This document shows, in pieces, positions 39,157 to 47,901 of a DNA stretch of 64,000 nucleotides; within the stretch, counting starts at the first letter, position 1, and each line of letters opens with the position of its first letter. A program made the position numbers and the translations under genes. Under the pieces are notes generated by a model, which was not told the DNA's origin, did no database searches, and saw only the letters and a list, made by a program, of their open reading frames with translations. The stretch spans positions 12,815 through 76,814 of the forward strand of contig CAVZGY010000010.1 in NCBI GenBank assembly GCA_963774975.1, in the 5' to 3' direction. This DNA comes from an uncultured Chloroflexia bacterium (GTDB lineage: Bacteria > Chloroflexota > Anaerolineae > Anaerolineales > Villigracilaceae).

Positions 39157-40125
39157 CTAGAGTGGGCGCATGACGCCGAGCCGCCGCACCATCATGAAGT
39201 GCCCCAGCATGAAGGCGACGGTAATGATTGGCACGACAAGGATGTGCAAGCCGTAGAATCGTCCCAACGTGGCTTCAGTAACCCCCCAGCCGTCGCGCAG
39301 GAAGATCAGCACCAGGTTGCCAATCGCAGGTACGGAACCGGCGATCTCTGTGCCGACTGTGCTTGCCCAAAACGCGCGCTGATCCCACGGGAGCAAATAG
39401 CCTGTAAAACCAAAAGCGAGCGTGAGGATGAGCAGCATCACGCCGCTGACCCAGTTCAATTCGCGCGGGGCTTTGTAAGTCCCCATGACGAAGACCCGAA
39501 TCATGTGCGCGATGCACATCACGATCATTCCGTTGGCAGCCCAGTGGTGGATGGAGCGGATGGCGGCGCCGAAATAGACCTCGTTCTCGATGAATTGAAT
39601 GCTGGCGTAGGCGTCCGCGGCAGTGGGTTTGTAATAGAACGCCAGCATGATCCCCGTCGTTCCTTGAACGATAAACAGGAAAGCCGTAATACCCCCGAGG
39701 CAATACCACCACCTGCGTGCAAAGCTATGCACGGGTTTATTGGCGATCTCCGAAAGCGGACCCGAGATTTTATAACGGTCATCCACCCATTCGTAGGCGC
39801 GTTTCGTCAGCGGCTTGAAGGGTTTACGCTGGGTCCAGACGGATGCGGATTGATAGAAGCCAAAGAGAAAGACCAGCCCCAGCGTTCCAAACACCAGCCA
39901 GCGCGATGTGGGAGTCCACAAGTTGGTATGCTCGCCTTGAATATGACAATGCAGGCACGGCTCCTGCTTGGTTTGTGGAACTTCAGGGGAAAATTCGCTG
40001 ACCGCCTGTCCGGCCGAGGCGACCGGCTGGTAAGCCTGTCCATGGAGAAAAGTCGCCAGGAACAGCACGCCAGTGAGGATTAGAATGGCTGTTCCGGTGA
40101 AAAGGAACTTGCGGGCTAGCGGCAT
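39157..40125 (-). CDS. cytochrome b6-type protein with an N-terminal two-TM extension bearing a CxxCH heme-c motif
   Basis: HH-x12-H in helix B ([16 protein letters not shown]), H-x14-H in helix D ([16 protein letters not shown]) and YCLGGIT (heme ci-type Cys). CLHCH lies at 39943-39957. ATG 40125 follows GAGGTG; a GTG at 40131 is an alternative start. Confidence 0.85.
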   Translation of the reverse strand: MPLARKFLFTGTAILILTGVLFLATFLHGQAYQPVASAGQAVSEFSPEVPQTKQEPCLHCHIQGEHTNLWTPTSRWLVFGTLGLVFLFGFYQSASVWTQRKPFKPLTKRAYEWVDDRYKISGPLSEIANKPVHSFARRWWYCLGGITAFLFIVQGTTGIMLAFYYKPTAADAYASIQFIENEVYFGAAIRSIHHWAANGMIVMCIAHMIRVFVMGTYKAPRELNWVSGVMLLILTLAFGFTGYLLPWDQRAFWASTVGTEIAGSVPAIGNLVLIFLRDGWGVTEATLGRFYGLHILVVPIITVAFMLGHFMMVRRLGVMRPL

Positions 40126-40254
40126 AGACACCTCTCAATATCGAACAACGGTCCCTGCCCCCGCTGGTGTGGCGGATCACTAGACTGATAACAGGGCAAT
40201 GGTTTGGTTCTACTCGTACCCGCCCTTGTGCGTTTCCTTTAATTCTCTAAAAAC

Positions 40255-40263
40255 AGTATAGCA
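40255..40263 (-). promoter_or_regulatory. extended -10 promoter (TGcTATACT) upstream of the cytochrome b gene
   Basis: Minus-strand TGCTATACT in the 143-nt gap between gene 40275..42293 and cytochrome b. Confidence 0.4.
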
Positions 40264-40274
40264 TCTTGAACAGG

Positions 40275-42293
40275 TTAAGCCTTAAGACGTTTGGCAACTA
40301 TTTCCGCGACATCCATCACATTAACCACCCCCCCATCAGCCTTGGACGCATCCGTGAGCATGATCATACAGAAGGGGCAGCCCACCGCCAGCGTTTCAGC
40401 GCCAGCCGAAGGTCCTGCTGCACTTAGCAGGGTCGCCTTGGCTTCGGCAAAGCGTGCGCGGTTGACGTTGGTATCGCCGTGTTCCTCCTCCTTCCACATC
40501 TGCGCGCCGCCTGCGCCGCAGCAGAAGGATTTATCCTTATTGCGAGGCATCTCGATCACCTCCAGCCGGGCAGCCTTCAGGTCATCCCGAGGCGCGTCGA
40601 AGACCTGGTTGTGCCTGCCGAGGTAACACGGATCGTGGAACGTCACCCGTAACTGTTCACTACTCTCCACTAACTGAATCTTCCCCGCCCCGACCAGTTC
40701 ATTGATCAACTGCGTGTGATGGATGACCGTATAGTTCCCGCCGAATTGGGGATACTCATTCTTCAACGTATGCAGGCAGTGCGGGCAGGTGGTGACGATC
40801 CGCCTGGGCGCCACCTCGTTCAGGATGTCCACATTTTGCCTAGCCAGCCCGAAGAAAATGTCCTCACGCCCGGCGCGCCGCGCTGAATCACCTGTGCAGG
40901 ATTCATTCTTTCCAAGAACTGCAAAATTCACGCCGGCGGCATTCAGGATTTGTGCAAATGCCTGGGCTGTCTTCTGGGCGCGCGAGTCCGTGGCCGGCGC
41001 GCAGCCCACCCACCACAATAGTTCCGGCTCGGGGTTCTGCTCAACCGTCGGGACGTTCAACCCTTCCGCCCACTTCATACGGTCTGACTGGCTGATGTTC
41101 CATGGATTCGCGTTGCGTTCCATACCCTTGAACGCCGTCTCCAATTGCTTCGGGAAACTACTTTCCATCATGGAGAGGTTGCGACGGATGTCGAGGATGT
41201 CACGCATCGGTTCGTTACCCACCGGGCAGATGTCCACGCACGCGCCGCACGCAGTGCATGCCCAGACAGACTCCTCATTAATCGCATACTCCAACAGGGG
41301 GGTATCCATCGCGCCGCCGTGGTTCAGGCGATAGCGCTTGTTGATTTCCAGCGCGGCGGGACTCAACAGTTTGCCAGTGTTGTATGCCGGGCAGACTTCC
41401 TGGCAGCGGAAGCACATGATGCAGGCATAGCTGTCCATCACCTGCTCCCAGCCAAGGTCGGTCAGCCGCGCCGCGCCAAATTGTTCAATGGACTGATCGT
41501 CGAGGTTGATATATCCCATCTGACCGATGGATTTACGTTCAGGCTTGAGCGCAAAGTTAAGCGGCGCAAAGAACATGTGGACGTGTTTCGAGTACGGGAA
41601 GTAAGGCAGGAAGGCAAGGATCGACCCAAAGTAAACCCAGAAAAAGGCATGCTCGCCCAGCGCGATCACGTTCGCATCCATGCCGGACCAGATCCCTGCA
41701 AGCGCGGAGGCAACGGGCTCCCACACATTCGGCCCGCCCACGCCTGCGAGATAAAAAGAGTTGGTGAACAGGCGCGCAGAGTTACAGATCACAATGAAGA
41801 GTACAACGATCAACGAATCCCGTTTGATTCCGGAACGGGCGCGTGGATCCAACAGGCTCGTCTCACGCGTGGATAGGTTTGCCGGGCGGAAGACAAAGCG
41901 TCGAACCGCCATGAACAGGGTACCGATCAACACTGTTACAGTCGCAACGTCCGCGAACGACAGGTAGAGGCGGCCGAACAAGCCCAGATGATCGAGCGCC
42001 CTGAACCCCGTGAGCGCGTAAATCGAATCGGCAAGGTCGATCACCAACAAGCAGAGAAAACCCCAGCCGATGAGGGCGTGGAACAGGCTGGGGATGAAGC
42101 GATAACGGAAGACTGGCTGGAAGCTGACGACCTTGAAGAAAACATCCACAATACGACTACGCGCAATGCGCCAATCGGGCTTACCCTGCCCGCTGGCGAT
42201 GATGGCGATAATCCGCCGGACGCCGCGCCAGGTGAAATACAGTGATAGGCCGACAGCAACGATAAACAGGATTTTCTCGACAGGGGTCAGCAT
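40275..42293 (-). CDS. membrane Fe-S oxidoreductase, paralogue of 36394..38277 (NarI-like TM + 2x[4Fe-4S] + CCG domains)
   Basis: CIMCFRCQEVCP, CTACGACVDICP and FCCGAGGA. The first CCG box is degenerate (SCTGDSARRAG). ATG 42293 follows GAGGTG; a GTG at 42299 is an alternative start. Confidence 0.85.
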   Translation of the reverse strand: MLTPVEKILFIVAVGLSLYFTWRGVRRIIAIIASGQGKPDWRIARSRIVDVFFKVVSFQPVFRYRFIPSLFHALIGWGFLCLLVIDLADSIYALTGFRALDHLGLFGRLYLSFADVATVTVLIGTLFMAVRRFVFRPANLSTRETSLLDPRARSGIKRDSLIVVLFIVICNSARLFTNSFYLAGVGGPNVWEPVASALAGIWSGMDANVIALGEHAFFWVYFGSILAFLPYFPYSKHVHMFFAPLNFALKPERKSIGQMGYINLDDQSIEQFGAARLTDLGWEQVMDSYACIMCFRCQEVCPAYNTGKLLSPAALEINKRYRLNHGGAMDTPLLEYAINEESVWACTACGACVDICPVGNEPMRDILDIRRNLSMMESSFPKQLETAFKGMERNANPWNISQSDRMKWAEGLNVPTVEQNPEPELLWWVGCAPATDSRAQKTAQAFAQILNAAGVNFAVLGKNESCTGDSARRAGREDIFFGLARQNVDILNEVAPRRIVTTCPHCLHTLKNEYPQFGGNYTVIHHTQLINELVGAGKIQLVESSEQLRVTFHDPCYLGRHNQVFDAPRDDLKAARLEVIEMPRNKDKSFCCGAGGAQMWKEEEHGDTNVNRARFAEAKATLLSAAGPSAGAETLAVGCPFCMIMLTDASKADGGVVNVMDVAEIVAKRLKA

Positions 42294-42487
42294 GCGCACC
42301 TCGAAAGAAAAAACGCGGACGGTTTCCGATTGATGGTGAGGTTCCCTTCCGCGTTGCCGTATATTATTTTACTTGAACTTGGTTGAATTGTTGTCCTTTC
42401 CCGCCAACCCTCACACGACCCTGACCCTACCCCAGCCCCAGGTAGGACGCTGTGGGGAGACCATTGCCAAGCGGGACGATAGACTCT

Positions 42488-43153
42488 TCACCTGTTTTTA
42501 CAGGCCAGGATCACGTCCACTGGCAACCCCCACAATACGAGAGCCTTAGCTTCCACAATTTGAAATCCAGCTTTCACGATTATGTCTCTGGCAAAGATAG
42601 GCCGGCAATCAATAAAAGTAGGGAACCGCAAGTGCAGCCACTCGTAAAATCCAACAACCGGTCCCTTCCTTTTTGCGAGTGTCACCACACTAATCCGTCC
42701 ACCAGGATTCAACACCCGCCGGCACTCCTCCAACACAATGGGCAGCTCGGAAGTGTCGAATAACTCCAATGTGAAGCTCATGAACAACGCATCGAAGGAA
42801 TTGGCCGGGAAGGGAAGATGAGCCGCATCGCCGCATTGAAGCATGGCCTTATTTTTCGACCCCCTCCGGAACAACCGGCTGCGCGCCTGCCCCAGCATTC
42901 CCTCTGAAAGATCGAGACCGTAAATCCGGCCTTCAGGACCAACCTGATTTGCCAGGGTCAACAAGCTGTGCCCTGTGCCGCATCCCGTCTCGAGTATCGT
43001 CTCCCCCGCCGCGGCATTCAGCAGTTCGAGACCCTTCTCCCGGAACTTGCGCTCGCTGCTTCCGGCGATCAGGTCATACCACCCGCTCAGCCGGTTGTAG
43101 CTGGATCTCGCTGCATGTTTTGAGCGTGTGACGCGCGTCACCTCGGGCATCAT
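42488..43153 (-). CDS. class I SAM-dependent methyltransferase (UbiE/COQ5-like)
   Basis: ILETGCGTGH motif I and RVLNPGGRI. Confidence 0.8.
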   Translation of the reverse strand: MMPEVTRVTRSKHAARSSYNRLSGWYDLIAGSSERKFREKGLELLNAAAGETILETGCGTGHSLLTLANQVGPEGRIYGLDLSEGMLGQARSRLFRRGSKNKAMLQCGDAAHLPFPANSFDALFMSFTLELFDTSELPIVLEECRRVLNPGGRISVVTLAKRKGPVVGFYEWLHLRFPTFIDCRPIFARDIIVKAGFQIVEAKALVLWGLPVDVILACKNR

Positions 43154-43171
43154 ATCTATAGGCTTTCCTAT

Positions 43172-43828
43172 CTAAGGATAACTGGCCGTTTCCCCGATGA
43201 TTTCCCAACCGCGCTCCTGCGCCAGGGCGCGCAGCTTCGCATCCGGGTAGACAGCCACCGGGTGGTCCGCGTGTTCGAGCAAGGGGACGTCCATCAGTGT
43301 GTCGCCATAGGCATAATCCACGCGGTTCACGTTCAGGCGATGCAGCACCTGCTCGATCTTGCGTTCGCTGGCCACCAGGTCCGTAGCGAGGCGGACGCGT
43401 CCATTAACATACTCCACCGGGGTGCCGATGGCCTGCGCGCCGAATCGCTTTGCAAACGCCTCAACGCCTGGCTCGAAGACGCTGCTGGCAACATGGACCT
43501 GTGCGCCGGACTCGCTGTGCTGTTGGAGCCGGGTGATCACGTCCTCGCGGCGCTTGGGCCAGAGATTGTGCTCCACCGTCCACTCGGCGACCTGCGCGAA
43601 CTTCTCCGGTGTGGCATCCTTGATCAGCGCAAGGCTGTCCACCATGAGATCCTGGCCCCACTTCTGCCAGTCGATCCAACCCCGCTTGGCGAGAAAGTAG
43701 TTGGGCAGCATGGAGGCCATGTACAGGGTGGCGCGAGTTTTGCTCTGGTTGTGGCGCACCCAGTCCACCAGCCCCAGCACCGGGGAGCCGGTGGTCAATG
43801 TGCCCATCATGTCGGATATGACAATCAT
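43172..43828 (-). CDS. HAD-IB family hydrolase
   Basis: N-terminal ISDMMGTLT (DxxGT-type motif I variant) and C-terminal YGDTLMDVPLL. ATG at 43828. Confidence 0.7.
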   Translation of the reverse strand: MIVISDMMGTLTTGSPVLGLVDWVRHNQSKTRATLYMASMLPNYFLAKRGWIDWQKWGQDLMVDSLALIKDATPEKFAQVAEWTVEHNLWPKRREDVITRLQQHSESGAQVHVASSVFEPGVEAFAKRFGAQAIGTPVEYVNGRVRLATDLVASERKIEQVLHRLNVNRVDYAYGDTLMDVPLLEHADHPVAVYPDAKLRALAQERGWEIIGETASYP

Positions 43829-43869
43829 ATTTAATCCTTTGACTTCAAGAGTATGCCAATTTCTGCTGG

Positions 43870-44326
43870 TCAATGTTTGGTTCTGTCCAACAGCTCGCGC
43901 GTTAACTGAATCTGACCCATATGGGTCGCCGTATGTTTAAGGGCATGCCCCAGCACCCAGGCGACTGTCACTTCACGCTGGTGACGGAACATGCGCCGGG
44001 TCTCCAAATCAGACAGGGTCATCCCTTCAAGAACTCCGGAGATATAAGCACGGTTGTCGGCAAGGCGCTTCAACAACGCGTTTACTTCCATGCCCTGCAC
44101 CTTGAATTCGGCGTCCCGGTCGCGGTTGGAGTTGTCCCCTGCGATCACCTCGCCGATCAAAAAACGTTCCGCCCCGGTAAGATGAAAGACCAACACCCCG
44201 ATCGAGTTCATGCCCGGCTGCGGAGACCCAATCCAGCGCGGCGGGTGTGAGTCCATCCAATCCATTTTCGATATCGCTGTGCAGTTCGTTCAGGTTATTC
44301 AGGAAATCTTCATAGAAAAGCTGCAT
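43870..44326 (-). CDS. DinB-family protein; one frame break at about 44225-44232
   Basis: ORFs 44027..44326 (N-terminus) and 43870..44265 join at ..PAALDW/SPQPGMNSIGVLVFHLTG... The C-terminal His-rich helix reads GHALKHTATHMGQI. Confidence 0.7.
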
Positions 44327-44375
44327 GGCTTGCTCCTTGTGGCGTTATTCGCAATCATTATAGCATTCGGCGAAG

Positions 44376-44384
44376 TGATACAAT
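44376..44384 (+). promoter_or_regulatory. extended -10 promoter (TGaTACAAT) ending 6 nt before the rsmI ATG
   Basis: TACAAT at 44379-44384 and ATG at 44391. No room for a Shine-Dalgarno sequence. Confidence 0.45.
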
Positions 44385-44390
44385 CACGCC

Positions 44391-45224
44391 ATGGGTACGC
44401 TTTACCTCGTCGCCACGCCGATCGGCAACCTGGAGGACATGAGTCCGCGCGCGGTGCGCACGCTGCGCGAGGCGCAGCTCATCGCTGCCGAGGATACCCG
44501 CCACACCCGTCAGCTGTTGACGCACTTTGACATCCACACACCGCTGACGAGCTACTTCGAGCACAACAAGCTGGCCAAACTGGACAAGATTCTCTCCGCC
44601 CTTGCCGAAGGAGATGTCGCCCTCGTCTCGGACGCCGGTATGCCGGGTATCAACGACCCCGGCTACGAACTGGTAAAAGCGGCGCTGGATGCCGGCCACA
44701 CTGTCAGCCCGCTGCCCGGACCCTCGGCGCCAATCACCGCCCTGGCCGCCTCCGGCCTGCCAACTGATGCTTTTCTTTATCTCGGCTACCTTCCGCGAAA
44801 ATCATCCGAGCGGAAGGAGTTTTTGATGAAGGCGGCGGAACAGCCTTATACGCTGGTTTTCTTTGAAGCGCCTCACCGCCTGCTCGAATCGCTCGATGAC
44901 CTTCTGGATGTTCTTGGAGACCGCCCCATGACGGCAGCACGCGAGTTGACCAAAATCCACGAGCAGTTCGTGCGCGGACAGGTCCGCGAGGTGCGGGAGC
45001 ATTTCACCCAGCATGAGCCGCGGGGCGAATTTGTCCTGGTCGTGGCCGGTCAGCGTGAATCCGTGCATGAGCGTTGGACTGAAAAGCGCTTGCAGGCTGC
45101 CATCGCGCGCGAACTAAAAAACGGTAAAAAAGCCAAGGAAATTTCCGTTCTGCTGGCGACACAATCCGGCTGGAACAAAAAAGAAATTTACTCTCTTATG
45201 AACAGGAAAACTGAATCAGAATGA
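44391..45224 (+). CDS. rsmI: 16S rRNA (cytidine1402-2'-O)-methyltransferase RsmI
   Basis: LYLVATPIGNLEDMSPRA and AEDTRHT motifs. Confidence 0.9.
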   Translation: MGTLYLVATPIGNLEDMSPRAVRTLREAQLIAAEDTRHTRQLLTHFDIHTPLTSYFEHNKLAKLDKILSALAEGDVALVSDAGMPGINDPGYELVKAALDAGHTVSPLPGPSAPITALAASGLPTDAFLYLGYLPRKSSERKEFLMKAAEQPYTLVFFEAPHRLLESLDDLLDVLGDRPMTAARELTKIHEQFVRGQVREVREHFTQHEPRGEFVLVVAGQRESVHERWTEKRLQAAIARELKNGKKAKEISVLLATQSGWNKKEIYSLMNRKTESE

Positions 45225-46290
45225 ACCTCGACGACCTCAATAACATCCAACAAATCGACAAGCAAAACATGCTCAGACGAAATCGACGGTCTGCCCGACC
45301 AACTCGCAAATGCCTGGGCGTTGGGGCAATCCCTGCCGGACCCCGGCTCCGCACAGGGTGTGCGGCAGGTCATCGTCTGCGGTATGGGCGGCTCCGCCAT
45401 CGGCGCGGACCTGCTGGCAGCCTACATTGCTCCATTCTGCAAGGTGCCGGTCATTGTCCACCGCGATTACGGACTGCCGGCCTGGGCGCACGGCGAAGAA
45501 ACACTCGTCATCGCCTCCTCGCACTCGGGTAATACCGAGGAAACACTCGATTCTTTTGAGCACTGCATTGAAAAATGACTGCCGTGTAGTGGCAGTCTGC
45601 ACGGGCGGCGAACTGGCGGAACAGGCCAGAAAACACAATATTGTTTGCTGGCAGTTCGAGCACAAGGGACAGCCGCGCGCCGCGGTGGGATTTTCCTTTG
45701 GATTGCTGCTGAGGCTGTTCTGCCGTTTGGGGTTAATTCCCGACCAGTCGGCTGAAATCGAATCGGCAGTGGCTGAGATGAAGAAACAGCAGGCAGGTCT
45801 GGTTGCGTCGGTCCCTGCGGCGAACAATCCCGCCAAACGCTACGGCGGCCAGCTTGTGGGTCGCTGGGTGAGCGTCTATGGTGCGGGCATCCTTGCTCCG
45901 GTAGCGCGTCGTTGGAAGGGGCAGATCAACGAACTGGCAAAGGCTGGCGCCAACTTCGAATTCCTGCCCGAAGCCGACCACAACGCCTTTGCAGCGCTGG
46001 TCAATCCCCCCGACCTGCTCATGCCGCGCACCTTGACCCTGTTTCTGCGCTGCGCATCGGACCACCCACGAAACCGCCTGCGCACCGAAATCACCCGGCA
46101 GGGATTCATGCTCGAAGGCTTGAATGCGGACATGTACGAAGCCAAAGGCGACAGCCCCCTCGCGCAAATGTGGACCGCCATCCACTTTGGGGATTACATG
46201 GCTTTTTATCTCGCGATCGCCTACCAGGTTGACCCAACTCCGGTGGACGCTCTGCAAAGTTTGAAAGCGGCTCTGAAGGATGCCCGCTAA
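45221..46290 (+). CDS. bifunctional phosphoglucose/phosphomannose isomerase (SIS domain); two frame breaks (about 45272-45280 and 45552-45560)
   Basis: Three frames join collinearly: MNLDDLNNIQQIDKQNML / IDGLPDQLANAW..VCGMGGSAIGADLL..SHSGNTEETL / ..ALKNDCRVVAVCTGGELAE... The ATGA overlaps the rsmI stop. Confidence 0.8.
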
Positions 46291-46317
46291 ACAAAAAATC
46301 CATTGTGGTGAGGCTGC

Positions 46318-47094
46318 ATGCATATACTGGTCACGAATGATGATGGTGTAACCGCACCCGGGCTGCTGGCTCTTGCCCAGGAAATGCGCAGGCTGGGGAA
46401 GGTAACCGTGCTGGCACCTGACCACAACTGGTCGGCCTCGGGGCATGTCAAAACGATGGAACGTCCCTTGCGCGTGCGTGAAACGAAACTGGCAGACGGC
46501 TCCCCCGCCCTCACCACCGACGGAGCACCCTCTGACTGTGTGGCGCTGGCCTTGCTGGGCGTGGTGCGGGAAAAGATCGACCTGGTAGTGTCGGGCATCA
46601 ATCCCAACGCCAACATCGGGCACGACGTCACGTACTCCGGCACGGTCACCGCGGCAATGGAGGCGGTTATCAGCGATGTGCCGGGAATAGCCGTTTCGCT
46701 TGATTCCAAGCCCGGTCACGGCGAGTTGGATTACGGTCCCGCCGCGCGTGTGGCTGCGCGGGTCGCCTCGCAGGTGATCGCCAACGTACTGCCGGAAGGC
46801 GTGTTGCTCAATGTCAACGTGCCGTGCCTGCCGGAAGACCAGATCAAAGGAATTCAGATCACCCGCCAGGGGCTGCGAGTCTATCACGATGCGCTGGACG
46901 CACGCAAAGATCCGCGCGGCCGGCCGTATTACTGGATCGGCGGTGAGTTTCCCACCGGTGTTGAGGAGGATGGAACCGATGTCGGCGCTCTAGGGGAAGG
47001 ATATGTCTCCGTCACCCCGTTGCAGTTAGATTTGACGGCGTATAAGGCAATGGACAGGTTAAAAGCGTGGCAGTGGTCGTTTGACAAAAAATGA
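46318..47094 (+). CDS. surE: 5'/3'-nucleotidase SurE
   Basis: MHILVTNDDGV and GINPNANIGHDVTYSGTVTAAMEA. Confidence 0.9.
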   Translation: MHILVTNDDGVTAPGLLALAQEMRRLGKVTVLAPDHNWSASGHVKTMERPLRVRETKLADGSPALTTDGAPSDCVALALLGVVREKIDLVVSGINPNANIGHDVTYSGTVTAAMEAVISDVPGIAVSLDSKPGHGELDYGPAARVAARVASQVIANVLPEGVLLNVNVPCLPEDQIKGIQITRQGLRVYHDALDARKDPRGRPYYWIGGEFPTGVEEDGTDVGALGEGYVSVTPLQLDLTAYKAMDRLKAWQWSFDKK

Positions 47095-47106
47095 AAGGAT
47101 ACCCAC

Positions 47107-47532
47107 ATGTCCCCCTTCTCCTCTCCCCCCAATCCGCAAGACTACAATGCCCTGGTCTGGGACATTGCCCGGCAGGTGCCGTCCGGCCGGGTGACCACCT
47201 ACGGGCAGATCGCATCCATGATCCCGCCGCCGGGGACGGTAAATCTCAAGAGCTATGAATCGCTTGGTCCCCGCTGGGTGGGCAGCGCGATGGCTCACTG
47301 TCCGGATGACGTGCCATGGCAGCGGGTGATCAACTCACAGGGCAAGATCAGTCCACGTCCCGGTGCGGAGAAGCAGCGTGAGCTGCTGGAAGCCGAAGGA
47401 GTGGAATTCAGCGACAGCGGCAAGGTGGACCTCGCACGATTCGGGTGGAAAGGTCCTGATGGAGAATGGCTCAAGGCGCATGGACTCTTTCCACCAAAAG
47501 GTGTGAGCGGAAATCAACCCGCGCTATTTTAA
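47107..47532 (+). CDS. alkyltransferase-like (ATL) protein, MGMT DNA-binding domain without the active-site Cys
   Basis: TYGQIA and PWQRVINSQG, where active MGMT enzymes have PCHRV. Confidence 0.75.
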   Translation: MSPFSSPPNPQDYNALVWDIARQVPSGRVTTYGQIASMIPPPGTVNLKSYESLGPRWVGSAMAHCPDDVPWQRVINSQGKISPRPGAEKQRELLEAEGVEFSDSGKVDLARFGWKGPDGEWLKAHGLFPPKGVSGNQPALF

Positions 47533-47548
47533 ATAGTACGGAGGGAGT

Positions 47549-47845
47549 ATGGGGTTCTTAAAAAAATTAGGAGGCTTCTTTTCAGCAAAACCCGCTGATG
47601 ACCAGGTTTCGTATTACATAAAAGTTAAATGCAGTCGCTGCGGCGAGGAGATACAGGCGCGGATCAATTTGTTCAACGACCTCAGTATCGAATACGATGA
47701 CTCCGGTAACACAAGCGGATATGTTTGCCGCAAGGTCATCGTCGGCAGCCAGCGCTGTTACCAACCCATCGATGTCAGCCTAATTTTTGATGCCAAACGC
47801 CGGTTGGTGGACAAACAGATCACGGGCGGCCAATTCGTAGAATAA
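47549..47845 (+). CDS. small hypothetical zinc-ribbon-like protein
   Basis: 98 aa; CSRCG ... C..V....C pattern. Confidence 0.5.
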   Translation: MGFLKKLGGFFSAKPADDQVSYYIKVKCSRCGEEIQARINLFNDLSIEYDDSGNTSGYVCRKVIVGSQRCYQPIDVSLIFDAKRRLVDKQITGGQFVE

Positions 47846-47856
47846 CCCTGGATATC

Positions 47857-47897
47857 AAAAGCCATCCTGCACATTTGCACAGGATGGCTTTTTTTTG
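47857..47897. terminator. bidirectional intrinsic terminator
   Basis: AAAAGCCATCCTG...CAGGATGGCTTTTTTTTG between convergent genes. Confidence 0.75.
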
Positions 47898-47901
47898 TAA
47901 G

